A stretch of DNA of 64,000 nt from the human T2T-CHM13v2.0 reference genome, Homo sapiens (GCF_009914755.1 NC_060939.1), one strand, 5' to 3'; shown: positions 35,090 to 56,390, counted from the stretch's first letter. The notes: generated by a model from the letters alone, not told the origin. Made by a program: numbers and translations.

Positions 35090-35950
35090 ATCAGTTGTAT
35101 CTTCAACATTTCCTACCTCTGCAAAATTCATCACCATTCTCCCAGTTACCCAGGCTTGAAACCTCAGAATTCTATCAAATTATTTCATTTCCTTACATAT
35201 CATGTTTAATTAGTCACTGATTCCCATCAATTGTCCCCTATCATGTTTAATAGCACCAACACATTATTTCTCTTAGAAAAATATTTTTCTAGTTTAGGCT
35301 CTTAATTTAGACTATTTTTAAAATATCTGAAAGTTTGCCATACAGTATTTATTTCTTATTTCTTGAAATATTTTCTACATTTTGATACAACTAAACTTTC
35401 TGAAGCATAAATATCTCACTTTGTCACTTGTCTGCTCAAAAAAAAACCATAAAAATATCTTCTTGGTCTAGAAAGTAAAATTATAATGCTTGGCATGATG
35501 TAGACAGAAATCCCCATTTATCCTTTTTCTCCTTTGCCCCCACACTTTTCTTCCATGTTCACACCAGTACCTAATGTCCCAGACATATGGAATTCATTGT
35601 TTCATGAATAGAGCCAACACATTCTAACTACCATGCATTTAGTCAAACCATCTGGCCACCTGGAATTTCCTACCATCCCCCATAAAATTTAAATTAAAAA
35701 ATTCCACTGTTCTGTCCTCTCTGAAGATGTCCTTGAATCTTTATTGAAACTCATTGACATATCCTTTGGTTCCTGCAGACTTTATTGTATATGTCATAAT
35801 TTAGCACATACATTACTCTGCCGTACATTTTAGTAAGTTAATGGCCTGTCTCTTTTCACTGATAAAACAGTGTCAGGCTTTTTTCATTTTTGTATTCCCT
35901 ACTGGTCCACAGAGTGCTATGAACATATAATGTGCTAAGTTAATTTTAAA
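35090..35950. mobile_element. L2 remnant
   Basis: CACCATTCTCCCAGTTACCCAGGCTTGAAACCTCAGA and TTTGTATTCCCTAC...CACAGAGTGCT motifs. Confidence 0.55.
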
Positions 35951-36620
35951 TTGACTTAAACTTACTGGTGAATTCACCGATTAACTGTTCTTTTCCAGTA
36001 TTACTCTTAGAAATGTCCTTGCCTTGATATATTTTATGTTCTAAAAATATTAACTTCATTTTAAGAATCACATCCTCCAAAACAAAAGAAACAAAAGCTC
36101 CCATACAATTCTAATGCTAGTTATAGGTAACATTAAAAAATGGCATACCAATTGTAAAAAACAAAAACAAAAAACAAACAAAAACAAACAAACAAAACAA
36201 TTCCCATGAAAGCCAGAGGCAAATAATGCAAATTTTAATGTCAATATTGTCATTTTTTCCTAGGTTAGGGGACAATATAACCACATTTATAAACTTGTTC
36301 TTTTTGTCTCTCCTCGTGTTGACCTCACACATAGCATATTATGCCATTAAAACAACAAAAAAAGGAGAAAATGCTATATTGAAATACAGTATTTTCTTAC
36401 AACAATTCCTTACTGTGAATTGTGAATGAAAATTAAATTCTTTAATCACTAGGAAAGACTCTGAGTGTGCGAGTCTTTCTTTCAGCTGATATAAACATTG
36501 ATAAGATCAAAGCTTGCTCTAAATTATCTGTCTTACCAGGTCCTGACTGAATCTCAGAACAAAATCCTGTAGTTTCTCTTTATTTCAGACAAACCTTTGA
36601 TCTTTTAAAAATATAGGCAC

Positions 36621-36979
<359 letters not shown>

Positions 36980-37267
36980 CTACTTGCATTGAAAATGGGT
37001 TTAAGGTTTTGGCAAGTGTTTGAGAAAAATATGAATTAAGCTGATTTTCTGTGGAGACAAGTCTCTAGGCGTTTAGTTTTGGTTAAGGTAAATACTTAAA
37101 TCTATATAAAATTTTAAAGACCTTACTAACGTAAACAAATGGTGTTGAGTTTGGACTTCTCTACAATATCTATGTGGAATCTTAGGAAAGGAAGAGTGAA
37201 AGGATACAATACATTTTAAATGGTAGTTCAGCCTAAATCCTAAGCAGAAGCATAATACGCTGCTGCA

Positions 37268-37955
37268 TTTTTTTTTTGACAGAGCCTAACTCTGTCCCCC
37301 AGACTGAAGTGCAGTGGTGCCATCTTGACTCACTGCAACCCCAGTCTCCTAGATTCAAACTATTCTCCTGCCTCAGCCTCCCAAGTATCTGGGATCACAG
37401 GCAGACACCAGCCATGCCCAGCTTGTTTTTTGTTTTTGTGTTTTTTCTTTTTTTGGAGACAGAGTCTTGCTCTGTCGCCCAGGCTGGAATACAATGGCAC
37501 AACCTCCGCTCACTGCAACCTCCGCTTCCCAGGTTCAAGTGATTCTCCTGCCTCAGCCTCCTGAGTATTTGGGATTACAGGCACGTGCCGCCATGCCCAG
37601 CTATCCGCCTCCCATGTTCAAACGATTCTTCTGCCTCAGCCTCTTGAGTAGCTGGGATTACAGGCATGTGCCACCATGCCTGGCCAATTTTTGTATTTTT
37701 AGTAGAGACAGGGTTTCACCATGTTGGTCAAGCTGGCCTCGAACTCCTGACCTCCTGATCCACCTGCCTCAGCCTCCCAAAGTGCTGGAATAATAGGCGT
37801 GAGCCACCATGCCCAGCCCATTTTTTGTATTTTTAATAGAGGTGAGGTTTCACCATGTTGACCAGGCTGATCTCAAACTCCTGACCTCAAGTGATCTGCC
37901 CGCCTCCACCTGCCAAAATGCTGGGATTACAGACAAGAGCCACTATGCCTAGCCA
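37268..37955 (-). mobile_element. Nested/rearranged Alu cluster (outer Alu split by an inner Alu that has a duplicated right-arm segment)
   Basis: Three right-arm segments and two left arms in succession. Confidence 0.85.
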
Positions 37956-38023
37956 ATATGTTACTTTTAAAAAATAAGTTATTCGTTTTAGTTTTCTTCT
38001 GTTGCTAAAAATCATTTCTATTT

Positions 38024-39035
38024 TGTAGGGAAAAGGAAGAGGGATCAGACTGTTACTTTGTCTATATAGAAAGGGAAGACATAATAAATTCCATTTTGAC
38101 CTGTACCTTGAACAATTGCTTTGCCCTGAGATTCTGTTAATCTGTAACTTTGCCCCAATCACTGTGCCCCAACCTCTTTGCCCCAACCTTGAGCTCACAA
38201 AAACATGTGTTGTATGGAATCAAGGTTTAAGGGATCTAGGGCTGTGACTTGTTAACAAAATGTTTACAAGCAGTATGCTTGGTAAAAATCATTGCCATTC
38301 TCTATTCTCAATAAACCAGGTGCACAATGCACTGTGGAAAACGGCAGGGACCTCTGCCCTGGAAAGCCGGGTATTGTCCAAAGTTTCTCCCCATGTGATA
38401 GTCTGAAATATGCCTCATGGGACGAGAAAGATCTGACTATCCCCCAGCCCAACACCCATAAATGGTCTGTGCTGAGGTGGATTAGTAAAAGAGGAAAGCC
38501 TCTTGCAGTTGAGATAGAGGAAGGCCACTGTCTCCTGCCTGCTCCCGGGAACCGACTGCCTTGGTATAAAACCCAATTTTACATTTGTTCAATTCTGAGA
38601 TAGGAGGAAAACCACCCTATGGTGGGAGGCAAGACATGTTGGCAGCAATGCTGCTTTATTGTTCTTTACTCCACTGAGATGTTTTGGCAGAGAGAAACAT
38701 AAATCTGCCTACGTGCACATCCAGGCATAGTACCTCCCCTTGAACTTAATTATGACACAGATTCTTCTGCTCACATGTTTTTTTGCTGACCTTCTCCCTA
38801 TTATCACCCTGTTCTACCACATTCCTCTCGCTGAGATAATGAAAATAATAATCAATAAAAACTGAGAGAACTCAGAGGCCGGTGCCGATGCAGGTCCTTG
38901 GTATGCTGAGCGCCGGTCCCCTGGGCCCACTTTTCTTTCTCTATACTTTGACTCTGTGTCTTATTTCTTTTCTCAGTCTCTCATCCCACCTGACTAGAAG
39001 TACCCACAGGTGTGGAGGGGCTGGCCACCCCTTCA
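38024..39035 (+). mobile_element. HERV-K(HML-2) solo LTR, LTR5A-like
   Basis: TGTAGGGAAAAG...ATCAGACTGTTAC start; GGGGCTGGCCACCCCTTCA end; internal AATAAA; TSD TATTT at 38019-38023 and 39036-39040. Confidence 0.95.
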
Positions 39036-40488
39036 TATTTTCACTTAATTTACTCTGAATCCGTGCCACTTTTGCATTTGAGGCTAATGTTTGTATTGAA
39101 GGAAACTATAGCAAGTCAATTTACAATTGGATTTTTTCAATGTATAGAGTTACATGTTTACTAAAAGGAGTAGCCCTTAATTCTTTTTAAAAAGCCCATA
39201 GCAAGCAAGATGATTAACAATTTTTATATGAACAAATGTCTTACAATGTTTTAAACATCTAGAGAACACTGATACCATCTTCACTTATTGACAATGGCAT
39301 ATTATCAATTCACTTTTCCAAAGAGATAGAAGTTACTTCTTTTGACTTAGATCTGACTTCTTAAACTGTCAAATGAAGTAGCTGAGTATAACTCACCACC
39401 TACAACTTTGATATTTAGCCTCCTCTCTTCATTTGCTTAGTATTATATGTACTGTAGCCCTTACTTTAATATTTCTATATCTTACACATCTTTCTCTCTT
39501 AAAAATGTGCTTTCATTTAGATGAGAAATACAATTTTAAGGGAGAAGTTGACTCATGCCTAGTTCTGTATTTTTTTTAATTGCTGATATGTCCTGAGGAA
39601 ATTAATGTTGCCCTACTGGGTATGATGCTGTCCCTCTGGAGAGATTCCTGTGAGTTATGACCACTGGGGATTTTATAGGTGTCCACATTAAGCCTTTCAC
39701 TGAGAGTAGAGATTAACTTGCAGTTACCTCTCTGACACAAATATATCTAAGAAATCAACATAATCTTTCAAAACCCTTCCGGCTAATACTAGTTTGTAGC
39801 CACTATTAATATAGTGGTTCTAAGTTTGTTCCAGGGTCTCAAAGCCTTAAATCATTTCATGAAAGCCTACTGCAAATGTCAACATATAATGCTTACAAGG
39901 ACATAACTGGGTGTTTCACACTATTATTTTAGTTTTAACCCACTTGATCCATCAAGTTATCTGTCATAGAACAAATGAAAGGCCCCTTTAGGGAAGTCTC
40001 AGAATAAAAAATAGGCCTAGTTATGTTCGTTGGGAGAGAAGTAAATAAAGCATGGGTTTACATTCTCTGTCTACAAGAAATTGTCATTGTAGCTGTTGTT
40101 TGTTTCAAAATCTATGTACAGTTCTGACCCACCAACTGACAATGGCTGCCTGACTCTAACACTCAGGTGTGTTATTGTAAATTCCCTGAGTCTTCTTTAT
40201 AGCAAGAGAAAAAATCAGGACATTCTGAAAGTAATACACTGTGGATATTTACATGGCCAGATTATAATTTTCTCTGCTTAATAATAAAACTTAATAATGA
40301 GCTTAATAATAAAACTCACATACAAATACAAAATAAACCTCTGTCAAAATTTATTTCACTTATTCCTGAGGAAATCAGTAGGTGGGAAAGCTGGTTCCAA
40401 GAACAAGTAAAAAAAAAATAATTACAGATTTTTTTTTCCCCAAAAACAAGAAATGTTAGAATAAGACAACTATGTTAGAAGCAAAACT

Positions 40489-40780
40489 GGGCCGGGAGCA
40501 CTGGCTCACACCTGTAATCCCAGCACTTTGGGAGGCCGAGGTGGGTGGATCACGAGGTCAGGAAATCGAGACCATCCTGACTAACACGGTGAAATCCGGT
40601 CTCTACTGAAAATACAAAACCAAAATCAGCCAGGCGTGGTGGCCTGTAGTCCCAGCTACTCAGGATACTGAGGTAGGAGAATGGCATGAACCCAGGAGGC
40701 GGAGCTTGCAGTGATCCCAGATTGCGCCACTGCACTCCAGCCTGGGCGACAGAGTGAAACTCCGTCTCAAAAAAAAAAAA
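40489..40780 (+). mobile_element. AluY
   Basis: AluY diagnostics; TSD AGAAGCAAAA(C/T)TG. Confidence 0.95.
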
Positions 40781-40799
40781 AGAAGCAAAATTGATTAAT

Positions 40800-42370
<1,571 letters not shown>

Positions 42371-42901
42371 ATAAAGAAAAAATATGTATTCCCAATTGCA
42401 CTGTATTTTTGGTTATTAAGCATAAAATTTAAACTTTATTAAACTTATTAGAAAAAGGGAATTGGAAATGTGATATAATGCAGTAATTCACAAAAATGTA
42501 TACAGTAAATGCACTCAAGAGCAGTTTTTCTGATGCTTGATGAACTCCTATCAGTTGTGAATTAAAACTGATTAATATCCTTCATGGAAACAGATCCATA
42601 AGGTCTGGCATTGTCTTTTTCTACTAGAGAGAAACCTAGAAGTTATCACATAATTGCATAGCATCTAGGATCAAATCAACTAATACATAGCCAAGTCAAA
42701 AGAAAATGAAGTAATCTTTGGGTTGGCCTTCTAGATGATAGCTTTTAATAATGAAATATTACACTAAAAATACATGTGTTATGTCAGAGTTTTAGATACT
42801 TTTCCTTAGCAGTCCCCTATTACAAATATGTCCTCTGTTAGTGCTAATCCATAACTAACTCAGTTCCTTATTTTCATGTCAGTAATCTCCAAGTGTTATT
42901 C

Positions 42902-43198
42902 TTTTTTTTTTTTTTTTTTCAGACAGAGTCTGACTCTGACTCCCAGGCTGGAGTGCAGTGGTACGATCTCGGCTCACTACAGGCTCTGCCTCTGGGTTCA
43001 CGCCATTATCCTGCCTCAGCCTCCAGAGTAGCTGGGACTACAGGCGCCCGCAACCATGCCCGGCTAATTTTTTGTATTTTTAGTAGAGACGGGGTTTCAC
43101 CATGTTGGGCAGGATGGTCTCGATCTCCTGACAGCGTGATCCGCCTGCCTCAGCCTCCCAAAATGCTGGGATTACAGGCGTGACCCACTGGCTCAGCC
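42902..43198 (-). mobile_element. AluY
   Basis: TSD TCCAAGTGTTATTCTT on both flanks. Confidence 0.95.
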
Positions 43199-43541
43199 TC
43201 CAAGTGTTATTCTTAATCAAAAAAAGAAAAAGTTTATCTGACTATATTTGACCCTGATTATTTATGTAGCTTCAGAAAGAGGAGTTAAACACATAAGTGA
43301 AGTCTTCCCTCCACCAAGTTCTAAAATGTAAGATTCACGGCCTTCTGAAAACACTCCCTTACCAATGTGAGGCTGGAACCATAGAACAGGTGGAGGACTT
43401 AGTAGGTGTTGGCTCAACATTTAAAGTACAATCTTATTTCTTAATAGGTGTTTTCATACCTTATAAACACAGGTATGGCCTTGGATGTCCAATTAAATCC
43501 CAGGAAAAAAGGACAGATTCTTGATGAAACTATGCAAATAA

Positions 43542-43868
43542 TGAGACAGCAAGTAAAAACGGCTCCCCGGCAGAACCTCCGACCAGCTTGCACACTGGCA
43601 GGAGTGCAAACTGAGGTGGAGCCTCGGGAAGTTTGCAGCAGGGAGGAGCCTGGCCTCTTCTGTTCCAGGGCGGAGGCTGGGATTCGATCTATGAGGCAGG
43701 AAGCTGAGTAGAGGACTCTCTTTACTGACAGTCTCTGTTTCCCCTTTTTTCCCTTTCGCCAATAAATTCCATTTTTCTCACCCTTCAAAGCGTCTGTGAG
43801 CCTAATATTTCATGGCTGTGTGACAAGAACGCAGCTTTTAGCTGAACTAAGGAGAAAGTCCTACAATA
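43542..43868 (+). mobile_element. MER61-like ERV1 solo LTR
   Basis: TGAGACAGCAAGTAAAAACGGCTCCCCGGCAGAACCTCCGACC start; AATAAA; GAAAGTCCTACAATA end; 4-bp TSD ATAA. Confidence 0.85.
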
Positions 43869-44364
43869 ATAATATGTTGTCCTACAAGCATGCAGAGTAA
43901 GTACAAATATATTGTTCTGAATTCTCAGAGAAAAATAGAAATGAGACAGCGTTTGAATGATGTATTTCACTTACAAGATGTAGTATATAAAATTGAGGAT
44001 CAGAGATAGAAAAAGAAACTGTGTGATTCATACTCCTTCTACTGGATGTTGAGTCAGTTTTTTGCTTTGATAAAATTATCTACCAATGAGGCAAAAAGAT
44101 AAATCCTTAAAACAATGAGATTTAAAAGTAAGTTGTTATGCTCAGTACTTTATAGGAGAACATTCAAGTAAGTGTCAGAGGAAAACAAAAACCACCTAGA
44201 GATGCAACTAATTGGCTGTTTAATTTATATAGTAAACAGTAATATAAAAATGGAGAAGAATAAACTTCTGCATTAGGTTCAATACTATCTCATAAAGACT
44301 TGACCAATGTTTCACCTGGGGGCATATACCTCTCCAATTTCCTATTACAGTCTCTAATCTATGA

Positions 44365-44697
<333 letters not shown>

Positions 44698-45164
44698 ACC
44701 ACCATTCATCTTAATATGTAAGATTATGTAAAATGAACTGAGAAGGCTGAGCCCTTTAGAATTGACCTCGTGCAACTCATGCAGATGTGTGGAACTAATG
44801 AAGAAATATGGAGCACACCAAAGAAGTCCAATTTATTTTAGCCTCACTCATTTTATAAGGCAAAAATTGTCACAGTTTTTCTAGAGGTCACCTAGGAAAT
44901 CTAGAATATACTTATTTTTCCCTAAAAATCAGAAAACATTTACTTTTTGGAATTTAAGATATAATTTCAGATGGGCAAAAATTAAGTGTTATCAGAGGAG
45001 ATTTGGTCACTGTGATAAAGATAGGAATACAGGTGCAGAGAAGAAAATGGTGGTAAAAATCCCAATAATAATACAATATTCTAAAATAAGCATAGAAAAA
45101 GATGTCATAATTGTTAGAAAATGTATCCCTTTCATAATTAATTATGCTGTACAAATGTTTTTTC

Positions 45165-45699
45165 TTATTTTTCTTTCTAGCTTCATTGAAGTATGATTGA
45201 TAAATAAAAATTGTACATATTTAAGTTATATAATATGATGTGTGTATACATTGTGAAATAATAGCCACAGTCAATTAACATTTTCATCAACTTACAAAGT
45301 TACACTTTCTCTGTGTGTGTCTATGTGTGCTTGTATGGAAATACGTAAGACCTACCCTGTTAGCAAAATTCAAGTATACAATACTTTCTTATCAGCTGTA
45401 GCTACTATGCTATATATGTTAGGTATCCAGAATTTATTCATCTTTTAACCAAAAGCATCTCCCCATTTTTCCTACCTTCTAATCCCTAACATCTAATGAG
45501 TTTAAATTTTTTAGATTTCACAGATAAGTGAGATTATGCAGTATATTTGTCTTTCTGTGTCTCGCTTATTTTACTTAGCATTAAGTTCTCTCAGTCCATC
45601 AATGTTATCACAGATTTTAGGATTTCCTTCTTTTCTCAGGATGAATAATATTCTATGGTATGTATATGCCACATTTTCTTTATCCACTAGTCTGTAATA

Positions 45700-45700
<1 letters not shown>
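45165..45700 (-). mobile_element. L1MA-type 3' end
   Basis: ATTGAAGTATGATTGATAAATAAAAATTGTACATATTTAAG...TTTTAGATTTCACAGATAAGTGAGATTATGCAG. Confidence 0.75.
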
Positions 45701-50170
<4,470 letters not shown>

Positions 50171-51962
50171 GGTTCAAAATTGAGGCACAGAAAGGTTAAG
50201 TGATAGCTAGAAGGTGAAAGACTTTAAAGTAATATTCAAGCCCAAGTTGAACGGAATCCAAAGGCCAAGCTCTTTCTATTCAAATAGGCCACTCTTTCAC
50301 TAATGTAGTGAGTAATAAGAGTGAATGAATGTTGTTCTTTCTTCAGGAGAATATTAAATATTTGTTTTGAAGGCAGAGAAAGAGCATGGTATTTAATGTT
50401 GACAATTACATAAATCATTATGTGCTTTGAGACAGTGGACTAAACTTTCCTAAAAAGTCCTCTCACTCTCGTAGGACTGCTCTACACTGGGTCTGTGCCA
50501 ATGGCCATGCAGAAGTAGTAACACCTCTGGTAGATAGAAAGTGCCAGCTTGACATCCTTGATGGTGAAAACAGGACACCTCTGATGAAGGTAAATGGTAG
50601 CCAGTTCTTTCAGCAGGAGATGGATTTGGTTTAAATACATAGAATAAAAATGAATATATCTCATTGAAATATAACTAGTTTGTGAAACCTGTGGAATATT
50701 TATTTATATTTCCTATAATTTATAATTTACTTCTTGCTTTAATACTGACAGGCTGCGCAATGCCAGAGGGAGGTTTGTGCAAATATTCTCATAGATTCTG
50801 GTGCTGATCCAAATATTGTAGATGTGTATGGCAACACAGCTGTCCATTATGCTCTTTATGGTGAGAATTTGTCAGTGGTGGCAAAATTGCTGTCCTGTGG
50901 TGCAGACATCGAAGTGAAGAACAAGGTAGATGTTAACCAATGTTATTTTCAAAATATTTGAAATCCATTTGTTTTAACATTAACATATGTAAATTGTTTT
51001 ATATTTGGAAGCTCAAACATTCCTATTTTCCTATGAAAATAGTTTAACAAAACTTAGTTGTCTAGGATTTTGCTTTAAATATTAATATTTTTACAAGAAC
51101 TATTAGTATGGCTTTTCTGTGCATTATGATAAATATTTGAGTTTGTTAAAGGTAAAATTTTTCAAATATTCTTTCCCACCCAAGTTTTTTTTTTCTTTCC
51201 AATTAGTGTAAAACTACAGGAAAGTAAAATTTGCCTGCATAAATTGAGTCAACATGTAAAATTTAGGAGACATGAAGAAATCTGGATTTCCTCTTAAAGG
51301 ATTGAATCTGGTGTTTCTTGAGCCCATATGACTGTTTGGTATGCTATGAAGACATTCTAGCTTTACATAAAGCATATGTTTCCAGTTTGCTACTGTGCCC
51401 ACCTAGTTACATCACTTATTCAACTTACCTCTTTTGCCTCTGTAAATATTTCAGTTATCAATTCCTCTCTCATAGTATATTTTGGTAAAGATTTCAAGTT
51501 ATTGAAGACAGTTTATAGGTGTTTATAACATTTAGTTTATATTTTACATTAATTCATTAATAATGGGGTTGTCTTCTAGAATTTAGAATATTTTTTAAAT
51601 GAAGATGTTTCTTCATATAAACCATAAATAATCATCTTCTATTAGAAGGCCTTTAAGCCTTTTTAGATTAATCATGTTTATATTTGAATGGGTTATGCAA
51701 ATTGCAAAAAATACTATATCTTTCTCCACAGACTTGTCCCTTAAAATTCAAGCAATTTAGTGGCTTCTATTTTGCTAATCCATATACATGAGTTAGAACT
51801 TTCATTAATAAGCCATTTTATTCATACTTCTGATATTTTGCCAAAAAATATTATCAATTACAATAGAAACCAGAATAAAAATAGATTATTGCATTTTAAG
51901 AAGTGGATATGCATTCGGATCCTAGGAGTATCATTATAATTGAGAATAAACTTTTATACTGA

Positions 51963-52272
<310 letters not shown>

Positions 52273-53626
52273 TTTTATACTGAATTTCTAATAGCTTAGA
52301 TAAAATCCTATTGTCTGGTAATAGGATAAACCTCATGGATGATTTAATAATAAGCAATCAAAGTTTATTTGAAGCCAATATCTTTTAATTTAGAGCCACT
52401 TCCTTAGTGACCCATTTAGAGCAGGAGAGCCTGACATTGGCATCTGGAATGTTGGGATCATTGACAGAAGAGAATCAAGTAAGTTTGTATCACCCAGAGG
52501 AAACCTCCATTTTTGGGGGGAAGATTTCAAAACTGCATCCCTGAAATTCTAATTTGTCAAATGTTAATGTTTGCCACAAAAATAGACTGTCAAATAAGTA
52601 TTAGGTAAAGTTCAATTCATTTATTGAATAATGAACATTTAATTCACAGTTGTATAACATTTCTTGAACATAGATAATGGTGGAATCTGTTGGGGTACAG
52701 TGCTTCTGGTAAGGTAATTATTCTTTGGAATATAGTGGAAGAAACACTGTTCTAGAGGTAATAATTTAGATTACTAATTTAGTAAAAAACAAAGTATTTA
52801 CTACTATGTCTTAGGGTTTAAGGATATAGAGGTAAAAGATACAGCCCCTGCCCTCAAGAAGCTCTTGGTTTAAATGGGAAACAATAAAATCATTACAATA
52901 TAATGATTTTTGGAGATAACCAGAGTTAATGTGGTGATGCAGAGGCTGAATGTTTACAAGAGAAGGTGCAGTGCATGGGAAAGCACAGAAAAGTGAGAAA
53001 GAAGGGATTGCTATTGATTTACTTTCCATTGTTTAAGTTCATAGGATATTATATCAGGTATTCAGTTCAGCTGAGAAATATGTAATTTCATGAATTATAA
53101 ATGGTTTTTGCTGTTTTACAGGCTGGCCACACACCACTTTTACTGGCCATAAGGAAAAGAAGTGAGCAAATTGTGGAATTTTTACTGACAAAAAATACAA
53201 ATGCAAATGCAGTTGATAAGTTTAAATGGTATAGTAGTTTTTTTAATTAAAAAACACTTGAGTAGTGTGCTAGAGTAATAACACTCAAGTCAGAAATATT
53301 AAATTAATAACATTTACTTAAAATTATTAGATTATACAGAAAAATACCAACACAAATTATCAGTTAGTAAGAAAAGCAATTATTTGGACTGGTCAACATA
53401 AAGAACAGTATATAGTAGGATTTTCTTCTTTTGTTATATTGACTGATTCTTATTTGTAATCTGATGTTTTTGGTTGCATTATCTTCTATTAGCTAAAGTG
53501 GTTCTGTATTAGTTTTAAGAAGTATGAATTTTTAGTTTACTTTGTAATTCAATATTGAATGATTAACACCTTTATAGTATTTTTCTAACTTCTGTTTTTC
53601 ATACACTTTTTAAAAATGCAATATTT

Positions 53627-53803
53627 GCTGGGCATGGTAGCTGTCATCTGTTATCCCAGCACTTTGGGAGGCCAAGTGGGTAGATCACCTGAGGCCAGGA
53701 GTTTGAGACCAGCCTAGCCAACATGGTAAAACCCCATCTCTATGAAAAATATAAAAATTAGCCAAGCCTGGTGGCACATGCCTATAGTCCCAGCTACTCA
53801 GGA
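53627..53803 (+). mobile_element. 3'-truncated AluS
   Basis: Left arm and linker; right arm ends abruptly at CCCAGCTACTCAGGA with no tail. Confidence 0.9.
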
Positions 53804-55530
53804 CAAATATTATTCCTAATATTGTTTTAAGTCTTCAGATTGCTCTCACTTGTCCGACTTCTAGCTAATTTTGAAGTACAAAATATTATATCAAACTAAG
53901 GAGGAAATAGATAATTCTCCACTTAAAACTTTGCCCCTTTTAGATTAGTGAACAGAACATATTTTCTTGCCCCTCAGTGGACTTTATGTTAGCCAATTCT
54001 ACTATGCCATATCCCAGTGAGACATGAGTCTTTTCACCCCTTCCTTTTAGCCTTGGTCGTGATTTACAAGGATAAACACTTGAGCACTCAAGATACTTAA
54101 CGTTTGTTAATACATGTAAATGGTTAATTCTACACTGACAGGCACATATTAAATTGGTTCTGTTCCTAATAATGAAGTTATCTCTTTGTTATTTCAGCAC
54201 AGCCCTCATGCTTGCCATATGTCATGGATCATCAGAGATAGTTGGCCTGGTTCTTCAGCAAAATGTTGACACCTGTGCTGAAGATCCGTGTGGAATGATT
54301 GCAGAACGTTATGCTGTTGCTTGTGGATTTAATCCGTAAGTGTTTACATTTAAAGGTTAAGTGAGATTTTATAGTTTGTTTCAGGTAGGTTTTGAATGAC
54401 AGTGAGTTAGTTCACTTCATCAGCCAGAAAGCTAGACTTGTTAGAAGGAGTAATGGCTCCAGGATTCTTTATTTTAGGGCTTTAGGGATGCTAATGTTGT
54501 CTTCTTGATTTGAAGTATAACCCCTATGCATGGGATAAACATAAAGTCACAATTTTGGTTTTTCTAATTAGCTATTTGGGTTTCAAAATGTCCACTTTAA
54601 GCAGAAAACCTGATAGTGTCCCCAGGGGGCTGTCTTCCATACCTTCATTCTTGAATTTTTTAAAAGAATCTGAACCTAAGTCCAAGGAAGACATTCCTTT
54701 CGTACAAGTCAGAAGGACTGGGGGGGAAATGCCCATTCTCTTCATTTTGTTGTTTCCATTCATTCTGTTGCTGCATCGTTGCCATTGAAACTGCTCCTGC
54801 AGTCTGGTAATGATTGACCTTTGTGACCAGGATGCCCTTATTAACACAGATCCCTCAGTCTTCATGGTGTAGACTTTGAAGTTACTACATGTTTTTAAAG
54901 TTCACGTACATATTCTCAGCCATTGTTTCCAAAGTACCAGCACCCTACTCTGGCAGCTAGAACTTTTAGCTTTAGCCACACACATAGTGAGCAAATTGAC
55001 CCTTCTCCTCACACTCAAAACCTGATGTGAAACCCACATCTTAGCCTGGGCATGGCCTAGACCTTCATGGTAAGTTATCCTTTGAGTGGCTTTTTTCTAT
55101 TTTCTCTAGCCAATATTAGTTGTGGTAGTTTGAAACTGTAAGTCAGGTTGAAATAATGTTACAGGAAGAAATTAGAGATCCATTTTGTCTTTGTTAACAG
55201 ATCTATATCCCTGGCCCTTTATATCCTGTGTAGCACCATTTTGTAGGTAGTGGAAGGTCTCACCTTATTCTGTAAAATCCCATGTCATCTTTCCCAAGTT
55301 GTAGTGGGTTCCAACTTGTGGTTGTCCCCTCAAGTGATTCTTTTTTCCTAAAAGTAAAAATCTCCCGTGCTACTTACATCTCTACCTCGAGTTTTTAAAA
55401 TATTTTCAAATGCTGCATCACCATGAAGCCATTCAATAGACTTCACTAAATCTCAAGTAAGTTGGTTAGATTTAACAGAGCTAAGCCTCATCCATCACTG
55501 ATCAGTCTTCACGTATAAAAATAAGGATTT

Positions 55531-55637
55531 TTGCTGGCTTCAGTGGTTCATATAGTAAAATTGAAACAACGTTGAGAAGATCAGCATGGTCCCCACACAA
55601 GGATGACATAGAAATCCGTAAAGTGTTGCATATTTCT
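55531..55637 (+). pseudogene. U6 snRNA retropseudogene (full length, diverged)
   Basis: TTGCTGGCTTCAG...CATATAGTAAAATTG...GAGAAGATCAGCATGG.CCC...CAAGGATGACA...CATATTT, colinear with U6. Confidence 0.92.
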
Positions 55638-56246
55638 TGCAGTCCCCCAAAGGACATTTTACTACTTTCTAACTAGCTCCAAGGAAATGGTGTGAGTCAA
55701 AGCAAAATGGGTGACACCCAGTATTGCAATTGTGATTTTCATACAAAAAATTATTTATGTAAGGTGATCTATGAAATGAGATGTGGTAACACATAGGATC
55801 TTGTGTGCAATATTTTGTTAGTACGGATCTCAGAAATGAGAAAATACCAACTTGCATCTTCTTTGTGGAACTTACAAAAAATGAAAGTAGGGTTTTGTCT
55901 TCCACAGCAGCTGGAAATGAACATAGTGACTAAGCATCATTCTAACAAAGATTTGTTGGTTCAGAATTTAAGGAGGTAGATAAAGAGTAGTAGTAGTAGT
56001 CCAAGCCAGATGCTGACATCTATTAGTTTTCTGCCCTTGGTGTGACTGATGAGCTCAGTAATAGAGTATAATTAGGTTATCTGATTTAATGATTTAATAT
56101 ATGTATAAATAAATTTCATTACAAAATATAAAATAGCTTAGATGCTCTGAATGACAAGCCACAAAGAATAGAACATCTAATATCCAAAAGTAGGAATTAA
56201 TAACAGAAAATTGCAATATTTGAATATTATAACCTATGAAGAAACA

Positions 56247-56390
56247 CTTTTTTTTTTGTAATTTAATTTTTGTAAAGATATGGTCTCCCTATGTTGCCCA
56301 GGCTGGTCTTGAACTTCTGGACTCAAGCAATCCTCCTGTCTCAGCATCCCAAAGTGCTTACATCACAAGCATGAGCCACTGCACCAGGCC
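56247..56390 (-). mobile_element. FLAM_C Alu monomer
   Basis: GGTCTCCCTATGTTGCCCAGGCTGGTCTTGAACTTCTGGACTCAAGCAATCCTCC. Confidence 0.85.

Noticed and set aside
38292-38603. 103-aa ORF inside the LTR5
   Set aside because: Lies wholly in the LTR U3 region, has a non-ATG start, and has no independent coding evidence
55514-55530. TATAAAA upstream of U6 as a Pol III promoter
   Set aside because: Too close to +1, no recognisable PSE, and the U6 ACAGAGA box is mutated; better explained as an L1 endonuclease target site
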